Assembly (NCBI GenBank): GCA_009930495.1 | Contig: RZYB01000001.1 | Location: forward strand, 4,124 to 68,123 | Length of the DNA: 64,000 nt | From: Deltaproteobacteria bacterium | Lineage (GTDB): Bacteria; Desulfobacterota; Desulfovibrionia; Desulfovibrionales; Desulfomicrobiaceae | Direction of reading: 5' to 3' | In this document: piece after piece, positions 9,041-17,923 of the stretch | Position numbering within the stretch: position 1 is the stretch's first letter | Layout: the number at the start of each line of letters is the position of its first letter | Notes under the pieces: generated by a model | The model's input: the letters and a program-made list of their open reading frames with translations, nothing else | The model's database searches: none | What the model was told of the DNA's origin: nothing | Program-made: the position numbers and the translations under genes

Positions 9041-10854
9041 TGAGCGTGCGCGAGTTGCTGCCGTCGTTTCCCACCTGCCCGGGCGTGTATCTGATGAAGA
9101 ACGCCACGGGCAGAATCATTTATGTGGGCAAGGCCAAAAACCTGCGCCGCCGTCTGGCCTCCTATTTCCAGCCCGAGCACCGGCTGCCGACCAAGGTCCG
9201 GGTCATGATGCCCAAGGTGGAGGCCATCGACTTCCTGTGCACGGCCACGGAAAAAGAGGCCCTGCTCCTGGAGGCGAGCCTCATCAAGCAGCACCGCCCC
9301 AGGTATAATATCGTTCTGCGCGACGACAAACAGTACGCCCTGTTCTGCCTGTCCCGGAACCATCCGTACCCGGCCCTGCGCCTGACCCGCAAGGTGGTCC
9401 GGGACGGATCGGTTTATTTTGGGCCATTCACCTCGGCCCTGGCCGCGCGCGAGACCAAGCGGGTCATCGACCGGCTGTTTCCGCTGCGCAAATGCCGGGA
9501 CACGGTCTTCGCCAACCGGACCCGCCCCTGTCTGCAATACCATATCAAGCGCTGTCTGGGGCCGTGCTGTCTGCCCGTGTCCGAAGAGGATTATGCCCAG
9601 GTGGTGCGTCGTGTTGAACTTTTTTTGGCCGGAAAATCGGCCGAACTCATGGCCGGGCTCAAGGCCGAAATGCGCGCCGCCTCGGACCGTCTGGAATTCG
9701 AACAGGCCGCCAGGATTCGCGACAGCCTCCGTGCCCTGGAGGACACCCTGGAACGACAGGCGGCGGTGTTGTCCGACGGCCGCGACATCGACGTCATCGG
9801 CGTGCATGGCCATGAAGGCGGCGCATCCCTGGCCGTGGTCTTCGTGCGCCAGGGACGAATCATCGACGGGCAAGCGTTCTGGTTCGAGGACGCGCCCCTG
9901 GAAAACCCCGAGGATGAAACCGCGCTGATCGCTTCGTTCGTGATGCAGTTTTACACCGCCGAGCGTTTCATACCGGGCCGCGTTGTCACGGCTTTGGGGT
10001 GTTCGGACCAGAATCTGGAAGACGCCCTGGCCGACATGCGTGGCGGCAAGGTCGCCCTGGGCAAGGCGCGGGGAGATCAGGAACGTCGTTTGGTCGATAT
10101 CGCCCGGGCCAACGCCAGGGCCCACGCGACGCAACGTCGCCGCACCGAGACCGATGGCGGGGCTCTGGCCCGGGCGCTGGGTCTTGGCGTTGCCATCGAG
10201 CGCCTTGAATGCGTCGACGTGTCCCATATCCAGGGCGAGGGCACCAGGGCGGGACTGGTTGTTTTTGTCGGTGGGCGGCCCGAGAAGAACGCGTACCGGC
10301 AGTACGCCTTCCCGGAACTGGACGGCACGGCCGACGATTATCTCACCCTGGCCCGTTTCACGGCCCGACGTCTGGAGTCCGGCCCGCCATGGCCGGACCT
10401 GTTGCTCATCGACGGTGGCAAGGGTCAGCTGGCCAGCGTGGAACGCGCCCTGGCCGAGGCCGGGCGGCCCGGTTTGTTTCCCGTGGCGGCCATCGCCAAG
10501 GGAGAAAGCAGAAGGGCGGGCGAGCTTGGCGATGTCATCTTTGTTCCCGGCCGCAAGAATCCGCTGGACCTCAGGCCCGGCAGCCCGGAGCTTCTGTTTT
10601 TGCAACATGTCCGGGACACGGCCCATCGCTTTGTCATCTCCCGCCTGCGCCGTCACAAGCGCGGCGATCAGCTCAAGTCCAACCTGGGCGAACTGCCGGG
10701 CATCGGTCCCAAGACAGCGCGTCTGCTCTGGACCCATTTCCCCTCGGTGGAGGCCATGTGTCTGGCCTCGGAGGAAGATCTCGCCAAGCTGCCCGGTCTG
10801 GGCCCCAAAAAAGCGCGCGCCCTGCACGCGGCCTTGCAACTCCTCGCCTCCTGA
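9040..10854 (+). CDS. uvrC: excinuclease ABC subunit C
   Basis: GIY-YIG N-terminus (GVYLMKNATGRIIYVGKAKNLRRR), UVR domain and C-terminal (HhH)2 (LPGIGPKTA, LPGLGPKKA). ATG overlaps the pcnB stop (TGATG). Confidence 0.96.
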   Translation: MSVRELLPSFPTCPGVYLMKNATGRIIYVGKAKNLRRRLASYFQPEHRLPTKVRVMMPKVEAIDFLCTATEKEALLLEASLIKQHRPRYNIVLRDDKQYALFCLSRNHPYPALRLTRKVVRDGSVYFGPFTSALAARETKRVIDRLFPLRKCRDTVFANRTRPCLQYHIKRCLGPCCLPVSEEDYAQVVRRVELFLAGKSAELMAGLKAEMRAASDRLEFEQAARIRDSLRALEDTLERQAAVLSDGRDIDVIGVHGHEGGASLAVVFVRQGRIIDGQAFWFEDAPLENPEDETALIASFVMQFYTAERFIPGRVVTALGCSDQNLEDALADMRGGKVALGKARGDQERRLVDIARANARAHATQRRRTETDGGALARALGLGVAIERLECVDVSHIQGEGTRAGLVVFVGGRPEKNAYRQYAFPELDGTADDYLTLARFTARRLESGPPWPDLLLIDGGKGQLASVERALAEAGRPGLFPVAAIAKGESRRAGELGDVIFVPGRKNPLDLRPGSPELLFLQHVRDTAHRFVISRLRRHKRGDQLKSNLGELPGIGPKTARLLWTHFPSVEAMCLASEEDLAKLPGLGPKKARALHAALQLLAS

Positions 10855-10942
10855 CCTGTCTCGCGCCTTTTTTCCCATGCTGGAATAATCTCCGGCAATC
10901 ACGCACAGTCTTCGCGGTTTTTCACGACGGAAGGAGAAGTTC

Positions 10943-13366
10943 ATGAAGCTCAAAAGTAAATTTTTTCTGCCCATTTTCGTGGCCGTGGCGGTCCTGGGAC
11001 TGATCGGCGTGTTGATTATACGGGCCCAGCTCCAGGGTTTTGAAAACCAAGTGTTGCAATCCATGGCCCAGGAAAAATCCCGCGAGGTGAACAACGCCGT
11101 GGCCACGCTGGCGGCGCAAGGGCTGGAAAAAGCGGCCCTTTTTTCAGCCCGGGACGATGTCGTCCAGGCGTTCGAGCTGGCGCATCTGGGCAACATGGAC
11201 AATGAATCCGATGCCCTGGCCCAACAGGCCCGGGAAGAATTGCGCGCGTTGCTCAAGGATGACCTGTCAGGCTTCAAAACCGCCTCGGGCAAGGCCATGG
11301 GACTGCATTTCCATTTGCCCAACGGCCGCAGTCTGGCCCGCATGTGGCGAGACAAGCAGACCAAGCGCGATGGACAATGGGTCGATATTTCCGACGACAT
11401 TTCCTCCTTCCGGAAAACGGTCATGGAGGTGAACAAGGACGGCCGATCCGTGCGGGGCGTGGAACTCGGCAGCGGTGGTTTCGCCATCCGGGGCATTGTT
11501 CCGGTCAGGGATGCCAAGGGTCGGCACCTCGGTTCCGTCGAAACCCTGGAATCCTTCAATTCCGTGATCCAGGGCGCGGCTTCCGGACCAGGACAGAGCA
11601 TTGTCGTGTACATGAACGCGGAATTTTTGCCGATCACCACGGCCCTTCAGGACCCGGCCAAGAATCCGGTCATTGACGACAAATATGTCCTGGTCACGCC
11701 AAGCCAGGATGGCCGGTTGGAGGGTCTGGTGTCTCCGGAATTTTTGCGCAAGGGGCAGCAGGGCATCACGCATGCACGTTTTGGAAACACCGCCGTGGCC
11801 GCTTTTCCGTTATATGACCATGCCCGGCAGCAGGCCGGGATCATGGTTTACGCTTTTGACGCCTCGGGCTGGAACGCGTCCATCGTCAATGTGGGCTGGT
11901 ATTTCATGGGCGCGATGGCCCTGCTCATGGCGGTCGCGGGGCTGGCGACAAGCGTTGCCCTGCATCGGTTCGTGATCCGGCCCATTGGCGAAATCGTTGG
12001 CTGCATCATCGACATCACCCAGGACAAGGCCGACCTGCGCCACAAGTTGCCCGTCACCTCCAAGGATGAAATCGGGGATTTGGCGCGATGGTTCAACGCG
12101 CTCATGGACAAGGTCCACGACACCCTGTCCGACGTGGCCGTGTATAAAAATCTGGTCAATGCCATCGGTGATCCGGTTTTCGCCGTGGACAAGAACTTCA
12201 AGATTCTTGTCGCCAACTCGGCCATGCTCGAGATCGCGGGCTGCGCCAAGGACGAGATCACGGCCAAGACCTGTCACTCCATCCTGAACACCGCGCTGTG
12301 CGGCACGTCGTCCTGTCCCATCCGTACCGCCATGGACACGCGGTCATCCTTCACCGCGGACGTCATTGAAATCTCCGCCCATGGACAGACCCAGAGTATC
12401 CAACCCCAAGGCGGCGTGCTCCACGACGTGGACGACACTGTGCTGGGATATTTTGAAATCGCCAAGAACGTGACCGCCCTGGTGGAACGGGAACGGGTTC
12501 TCCACGACGCCATGAGCCGCATGGAAAACGTGACCGCGAACATTCTGCGCGTGGCCCAGGCCGTGAGCCTGACCTCCGACGATATCGCGGGCCGGGTGGA
12601 CCAGGCCCGGACGGGAACCCGCGAGCAAAGCCAGCGGCTGGCCGAAGTTTCGGCGGCCATGCACCAGATGAACGAGGCGGTTTTGGACGTGGCCCGCAGT
12701 GCCTCGGACGCGGCCAAGGCCGCCGATTCCAGCTCGGACAAGGCGCAGGACGGGGCGCGGGTTGTGGAAGACGTGGTCCGGTCCATCGCCCAGGTCCACG
12801 AGCGGACCCAGAGCCTGTCCAAGCAAATGGCCGACCTTGGCAATCAGGCCGAATCCATTGGCCGGATCATGAATGTCATCTCCGACATCGCCGATCAAAC
12901 CAACTTGTTGGCGCTCAACGCGGCCATCGAGGCGGCCCGGGCCGGTGACGCCGGACGCGGTTTCGCCGTCGTGGCCGACGAGGTGCGCAAACTGGCCGAA
13001 AAAACCATGACCGCGACCAAGGAAGTCGGAGTGGCCATCACCGATATCCAAAACGGCACCCGGCAGAACATCGAGGGCATGCATCGCGTGGCCGAGCAGG
13101 TCTTGGCCACCACGGATTTGGCCCGCCAGTCCGGATTGGCGCTGACCGAGATCGTGCCCCTGGTCGAAAATACGACAACACGCATCACGGCCATTGCCAC
13201 GGCTTCGGAAGAGCAATCCAGCGCCAGCGAGGAGGTGGCCACGTCACTGGGCACGGTCAACGACATCGCGGCGACCACGGCCGAGGGCATGGAGCGGGCC
13301 GCCGGTGCCATCGCCGAGTTGTCCCGGCTGGCCGAGGAATTGCGCCGGCTGGGCGAAACAAAATAG
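10943..13366 (+). CDS. methyl-accepting chemotaxis protein (periplasmic sensor, HAMP, PAS-like, MA domain)
   Basis: 807 aa. N-terminal TM, ~300-aa periplasmic region, second TM, HAMP ([10 protein letters not shown]), PAS-like module, and a highly conserved MCP hairpin ([38 protein letters not shown]). Confidence 0.95.
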   Translation: MKLKSKFFLPIFVAVAVLGLIGVLIIRAQLQGFENQVLQSMAQEKSREVNNAVATLAAQGLEKAALFSARDDVVQAFELAHLGNMDNESDALAQQAREELRALLKDDLSGFKTASGKAMGLHFHLPNGRSLARMWRDKQTKRDGQWVDISDDISSFRKTVMEVNKDGRSVRGVELGSGGFAIRGIVPVRDAKGRHLGSVETLESFNSVIQGAASGPGQSIVVYMNAEFLPITTALQDPAKNPVIDDKYVLVTPSQDGRLEGLVSPEFLRKGQQGITHARFGNTAVAAFPLYDHARQQAGIMVYAFDASGWNASIVNVGWYFMGAMALLMAVAGLATSVALHRFVIRPIGEIVGCIIDITQDKADLRHKLPVTSKDEIGDLARWFNALMDKVHDTLSDVAVYKNLVNAIGDPVFAVDKNFKILVANSAMLEIAGCAKDEITAKTCHSILNTALCGTSSCPIRTAMDTRSSFTADVIEISAHGQTQSIQPQGGVLHDVDDTVLGYFEIAKNVTALVERERVLHDAMSRMENVTANILRVAQAVSLTSDDIAGRVDQARTGTREQSQRLAEVSAAMHQMNEAVLDVARSASDAAKAADSSSDKAQDGARVVEDVVRSIAQVHERTQSLSKQMADLGNQAESIGRIMNVISDIADQTNLLALNAAIEAARAGDAGRGFAVVADEVRKLAEKTMTATKEVGVAITDIQNGTRQNIEGMHRVAEQVLATTDLARQSGLALTEIVPLVENTTTRITAIATASEEQSSASEEVATSLGTVNDIAATTAEGMERAAGAIAELSRLAEELRRLGETK

Positions 13367-13395
13367 GGTGGGGCGTTTTGCGCGCGGTGGCGCGC

Positions 13396-13860
13396 TCAAT
13401 AGTGATAGGCGCGGTTGCCAATGATGGTCATGGCCCGGAAAATCTGCTCGTAGAGCACGACCTGGGCCAATTCATGCGGCATGGTCATGGGGCCAAGGCT
13501 GACCAGGCCGTGGGCGCTTTCCAGCAGATCTTGCCCGAGTCCAAGGGCGCCGCCAATGACGAAACAGCACTGTTCTGTCGGATTTTCCAACACGCCGCGC
13601 AGCATGGACGCGAACTCGTGGGAGGAATACAACACGCCTTTCTCGTGCAAGGCCAGGACCCTGTCCCTGGCCGCTATTTTTTGCCCGAGGAGCGCGGCTT
13701 CCTGGGTTTTTCGTTCCCATCCCTGAAGATGCGAGCAATCCTTGACATGAACGGCCTCGATTCTGGCCGTGGCGCGGAGCATTTTTTCGTAATGCGCCAC
13801 GGCCTCGCACCAGTATCCCTTTTTCATTTTTCCGACGGAAACAATCTTGATTTTATACAT
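13396..13860 (-). CDS. rlmH: 23S rRNA (pseudouridine1915-N3)-methyltransferase
   Basis: 154 aa from ATG 13860 (MYKIKIVSVGKMKK...), SPOUT/RlmH size and pattern. The longer 13929 start adds a non-conserved extension. Confidence 0.9.
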   Translation of the reverse strand: MYKIKIVSVGKMKKGYWCEAVAHYEKMLRATARIEAVHVKDCSHLQGWERKTQEAALLGQKIAARDRVLALHEKGVLYSSHEFASMLRGVLENPTEQCCFVIGGALGLGQDLLESAHGLVSLGPMTMPHELAQVVLYEQIFRAMTIIGNRAYHY

Positions 13861-14059
13861 GTTTTTTGGCTTTCCCCAATCCAGCGGAGTATCGCGCCGG
13901 TTGTCCGTAGGCTCCGCCAAATCTGGCAAAGGGTATTGATTTTTTGAGAAATTACGGGCAACTTTTTTAAATATTGCCGTCGAAGTTTCTAGATCGTTGG
14001 TACTGGGATGGCAACCATGCGCGGCGCGAATTCAAAGCCCATGTTCCAGGAGGTTTGCT

Positions 14060-14515
14060 ATGAACAAGGCCGTTCCCGGGACCGAAAGTCCCACTGATCA
14101 GGACATCCCCGTCCTGTCCGATGACGATGCCGGTTTGATCATCACGTGCGACGAGCCCGAGCCCATTGTTCGCAAATCGTTCCGGGTGCCCCTGGACAAG
14201 GGCGTGGTCACGTGCGCGGTCAAGGGAAAATCCTATAACGCGGTCGATCTGTCCATGTATGGCCTTGGTCTGGAAGTTCCGGATCCGGAAGAGTTTCGCA
14301 TCGGCGAGGACATCCCCTCCGTGAGCATCCAATTTTCCGACAAGTCTTTCCTGGTCGATGTCCGGGTTGTCCATATCTCTCCCCATGGCGGTGACAGCCT
14401 GATCTGCGGCATGCAGATCGTGCACACCCATGACGCCGGATATGTCGACTGGATGACACGGGTTATCGCCGAGATGAAGGCCGCGATGCTGACCATCAAG
14501 GACGTTTTCAAATAA
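14060..14515 (+). CDS. PilZ domain protein (putative c-di-GMP receptor)
   Basis: RxxxR (RKSFR) and D/NxSxxG (DLSMYG) motifs at PilZ spacing. SD GGAGG precedes ATG 14060. Confidence 0.8.
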   Translation: MNKAVPGTESPTDQDIPVLSDDDAGLIITCDEPEPIVRKSFRVPLDKGVVTCAVKGKSYNAVDLSMYGLGLEVPDPEEFRIGEDIPSVSIQFSDKSFLVDVRVVHISPHGGDSLICGMQIVHTHDAGYVDWMTRVIAEMKAAMLTIKDVFK

Positions 14516-14528
14516 ACGCGAGGCAGCC

Positions 14529-14924
14529 ATGACAACAAAGGGACAGCGGGACATCCTGGACGATCTTTTTCGGGGCGAGCAGCCGTTCACCACGGTGCCC
14601 GGCCTTGAAGAGCTGGACTCCTTGATCCACGCCTGCGTGGCTCCAAGCGAGGAGAAGCGGCGGTCCGGGGAAAAAAAACTTTTGTCCCTCCAAAACAAAC
14701 GACTGAGCGGAACAAAAAAAGCGACGCATTATTTGCAGGAAGAGGTCTTTGACGGACTCACCGAGGCCAATCTGATTCTCAAGGGCATGCTCCCCGATGG
14801 CGCCAAGTCACGGGCGTCCAAATCCCGGCTGGTCAATTACGCCGTGACCAAGCTGCTCAAGGAGATCGAGGAAAAGGGGGATGACAGTCCGTTGGTCAAA
14901 AGTATTCTGAGCGACGAGGAATAA
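14529..14924 (+). CDS. hypothetical protein, possible ribbon-helix-helix ParA partner
   Basis: 131 aa, starting 13 nt after the PilZ gene. Basic, low-complexity N-half. The C-half (KKATHYLQEEVFDGLTEANL...SKSRLVNYAVTKLLKEIEE) has a strand-helix-helix-like pattern. The fold assignment is inference only. Confidence 0.6.
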   Translation: MTTKGQRDILDDLFRGEQPFTTVPGLEELDSLIHACVAPSEEKRRSGEKKLLSLQNKRLSGTKKATHYLQEEVFDGLTEANLILKGMLPDGAKSRASKSRLVNYAVTKLLKEIEEKGDDSPLVKSILSDEE

Positions 14925-14946
14925 GCGAACCCTGGGGAGGCCGCGC

Positions 14947-15852
14947 ATGAAGGTGATTTGTCCGCAGTGTAAAAAAGAGCACATAATCGATGAGTCGAAA
15001 ATTCCCGCCAATGCCAAATCCGCCCAATGCCGGGCCTGCGGACACCGTTTTCCGCTGTTCGAGTCCGTGGTCAAGGACGAAACTCCCGCCCGCAAGACCC
15101 GGCGAATCGGAGTGACCCTGAGCAAGGGCGGCGTGGGTAAAACCACGACAGCGGTCAATCTGGCCGCCGGGTTGGCCCTGACCGGGCACAAGGTGTTGCT
15201 GGTGGACACCGATACCCAGGGCCAGGCGGCCTATGTTTTGGGCATGAAGCCCAAGGCCGGGCTGACGGAACTGGTCACCGGCGAACTTCCGGCGTCCGCG
15301 GCCATGGTCGAGGCCCGCGACAATTTGTGGCTCCTGGCCGGTGGACGTTCCCTGGCCGGGATCAAGCGTCTCATCGACCGCAAGGACTATGGCGGCGAGC
15401 TCACCTTGGCCGAGGCGTTGGAGCCGCTGGAAAAAGATTTCGACTACGTCATCGTGGACACTTCCCCTGGCTGGGACCCCCTGACCGTGAACGTGCTGTT
15501 CTATGTCCACGAACTGATCACTCCCGTTTCCCTGGAAGTCATGACCCTGCAAGGCCTGGTGGAATTTCTCAAAAGCCTGGCCTCGATCCAGAAGTACCGC
15601 GCCGACGTCACCTTGAATTACATCCTGCCCACCTTCTTGGACAAGCGCATCAAAAACCCGGACAATATCCTGGATCGGCTCAAGGATCTCTATGGGGAAT
15701 ACGTGTGCACGCCCATCCGCTACAATGTCCGGCTCTCGGAATCCCCGGCCTATGGGAAAACCATCTACGAGTACGCGCCGGGCTCCCACGGGGCCCTGGA
15801 CTATCGGGAACTGGTCCGCAAGGTCACCGGGAATCCCAAGCTGTTCGCATAG
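14947..15852 (+). CDS. ParA/MinD-family ATPase with N-terminal zinc ribbon
   Basis: Deviant Walker A (SKGGVGKTTTAVNLA) and Walker B (VIVDTSP). N-terminal CPQC-x20-CRAC zinc ribbon of the MJ0042 finger type. Confidence 0.9.
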   Translation: MKVICPQCKKEHIIDESKIPANAKSAQCRACGHRFPLFESVVKDETPARKTRRIGVTLSKGGVGKTTTAVNLAAGLALTGHKVLLVDTDTQGQAAYVLGMKPKAGLTELVTGELPASAAMVEARDNLWLLAGGRSLAGIKRLIDRKDYGGELTLAEALEPLEKDFDYVIVDTSPGWDPLTVNVLFYVHELITPVSLEVMTLQGLVEFLKSLASIQKYRADVTLNYILPTFLDKRIKNPDNILDRLKDLYGEYVCTPIRYNVRLSESPAYGKTIYEYAPGSHGALDYRELVRKVTGNPKLFA

Positions 15853-15878
15853 TCTCGTTGTCGCCCCTGTGCTCCGAA

Positions 15879-15906
15879 CTCCCGGTCGCGAGGCCGGGAG
15901 TTTTTT
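15879..15906 (+). terminator. intrinsic terminator after the ParA-like gene
   Basis: CTCCCGG-loop-CCGGGAG stem followed by TTTTTT (15901-15906), about 27 nt after the stop. Confidence 0.8.
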
Positions 15907-16027
15907 GTGGTGCGCCGGTCGGAATTCGCGCGCGGTTCATTGACATGACACTGCCGGCGCGCCTTGGGGGTCTTGCCCATTGGCCGGGCATTCCCTAGGG
16001 AAGCTGTCAGACAAGGATGTGGAAAGA

Positions 16028-17860
16028 ATGGCCAGAACATTGATCATCGCGGAAAAGCCGTCAGTGGCCAGGGAATTGGCCGGCGTGCTCGAAGTCCGGG
16101 GCCGCCGCGACGGTTACCTGGAAAGCCCGACCCATATCGTGACCTGGGCCGTGGGGCATTTGGTCAACATCGCCGAGCCCGGGGACCAAAATCCGGACTG
16201 GTCCGGCCGCTGGGCCATGCATCAGCTTCCGATGCTGCCGACGCGTTTCGTTCTGCATGTGTTGCCCCAGACCGCCAGGCAATACGAGGTGCTCCGGACT
16301 TTTTTGACCGACGACACCGTGGATATGGTCATCAACGCCACGGACGCGGGCAGGGAAGGGGAGTTAATTTTCCGGCGCATTTATCTTTTGGCCGGGAGCA
16401 CCAAGCCCATCAAGCGGTTCTGGGCCAGCGACATGACCGAAAAAGGATTGCGCAAGGCCTTTGCCGCGCTGATGGAAGGGGATGACAAACGTAGTCTGGG
16501 GCATGCCGCTTTTGCCCGGGCCGAGGCCGACTGGCTGGTGGGCATGAACTTTTCCCGCCTTTTCACCCTGCGCTCGGGCAGTTTGATCACCGTTGGCCGG
16601 GTACAGACCCCGGTCTTGAAGCTTTTGGTGGACCGCCGGCGCGAAATCGAAAATTTCACGCCGCGTGACTATTGGACCGTGGATGCTGTTTTCGAGCATC
16701 ACAACGAGGCGTTCAAGGCCGTCTGGGTGGCGCCGGAGGAATTCAAGGATTCCAAAATCTGGTCCGAGCCCGAGGCCTTGGCCGTGGTGCGGGATTGCGC
16801 CGGCGGCGAAGGCACGGTCGCGTCCCTGGAAAAGAAAAAAGGGCGCCAGAAGCCGCCGTTGCCCTTTGACCTGACCACGTTGCAGAAAGAAGCCAACTCC
16901 CGGCTCAATCTATCGGCCCAGACAACCTTGGGCATCGCCCAAACCTTGTACGAAAAAAAGAAGCTCATCACCTATCCACGAACGGATTCACGCCATCTGA
17001 CCCAGGCTCTTTTCGCCGAATGCCTGGATACCCTGCGCGCGGTGTACCCTCATTTTCCGGATATCGCCCACAAGGCCGCGGACAATATCAAGGCTTCGAA
17101 AAACAAATTCGAATGCGTCAACGACAAGAAGGTCACGGATCACCACGCCATCATCCCCACGGCCCTGGTCGCCAATCCGAACACCCTCGGACCCGACGAA
17201 TGGGCCGTGTATGAAATGATCTGCCGCCGATTCGCGGCGACGTTCATGGACGACGCCCGTTTTTCGACCACGACGTTGCTGGTTGGTCTGGGTGAACACC
17301 GGTTTCGGGCCAATGGCAAGATCTTCCAGGACAAGGGCTGGCTCGAAGCCGAGCCCTGGCGTGCCGCCGAGGACAACCCCCTGCCGGACCTTCGCGTGGG
17401 CGCGCTGGTCGTTGCGCGGGAATTGGCCGAGTCCAAGCACAAAACCAAGCCACCGGCGCATTTCACGGACGCGACCCTGCTCGCGGCCATGGAAACCGCC
17501 GGCAAGCTGGTTGACGACGAAGCCATGCGCGATGCCATGCGTGATCGCGGTTTGGGAACTCCGGCCACGCGGGCCCAGATTATCGAAACCCTGCTCGGCC
17601 GGAAATACGTGGCCAAGGATGGCAAACGTCTGGTGGCCACGGATTTGGGCGTCTGGGCTATCGACGTGGTCTGCGCCATGATTCCGCAAATGGCCTCGCC
17701 CGAGCTGACCGGGGAATGGGAGAAAAAACTCAAGGATATGGAGCAGGGGCGGGCGATCTATGGACAGTTCATGCGTCAGGTGCGCGACATGGTCGCCTTT
17801 GGCGTGGACACGGTCAAATCCAGCCGGATTGGGCTGCCGCGTTGCCCGCGCTCTGGATAA
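16028..17860 (+). CDS. topB: DNA topoisomerase III (type IA, no C-terminal Zn fingers)
   Basis: TOPRIM motifs LIIAEKPS and DAGREGE. Catalytic Tyr motif ITYPRTDSRHL. 610 aa from ATG 16028. Confidence 0.92.
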   Translation: MARTLIIAEKPSVARELAGVLEVRGRRDGYLESPTHIVTWAVGHLVNIAEPGDQNPDWSGRWAMHQLPMLPTRFVLHVLPQTARQYEVLRTFLTDDTVDMVINATDAGREGELIFRRIYLLAGSTKPIKRFWASDMTEKGLRKAFAALMEGDDKRSLGHAAFARAEADWLVGMNFSRLFTLRSGSLITVGRVQTPVLKLLVDRRREIENFTPRDYWTVDAVFEHHNEAFKAVWVAPEEFKDSKIWSEPEALAVVRDCAGGEGTVASLEKKKGRQKPPLPFDLTTLQKEANSRLNLSAQTTLGIAQTLYEKKKLITYPRTDSRHLTQALFAECLDTLRAVYPHFPDIAHKAADNIKASKNKFECVNDKKVTDHHAIIPTALVANPNTLGPDEWAVYEMICRRFAATFMDDARFSTTTLLVGLGEHRFRANGKIFQDKGWLEAEPWRAAEDNPLPDLRVGALVVARELAESKHKTKPPAHFTDATLLAAMETAGKLVDDEAMRDAMRDRGLGTPATRAQIIETLLGRKYVAKDGKRLVATDLGVWAIDVVCAMIPQMASPELTGEWEKKLKDMEQGRAIYGQFMRQVRDMVAFGVDTVKSSRIGLPRCPRSG

Positions 17861-17923
17861 TTCGCGGCGACGGGGATAATGGAGAGAATCAAAAGAATCA
17901 CACCGGCAATACAGGGAGGACGC

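Noticed and set aside
8881-11640. 919-aa ORF on the minus strand spanning uvrC, the intergenic gap and the start of the MCP gene
   Set aside because: It lies antisense to two genes with unmistakable family signatures. Its translation is low-complexity (G/R/P/Q/A-rich) with no recognisable motif. It is a typical shadow ORF of GC3-rich coding DNA, in which antisense stop codons are depleted.
13924-14015. Four GGCAA/TTGCC pentamers in the AT-rich region upstream of the PilZ-ParA operon, as a possible parC-like centromere
   Set aside because: The pentamers are short, irregularly spaced and of mixed orientation. This could easily arise by chance, so it is insufficient to call iterons.
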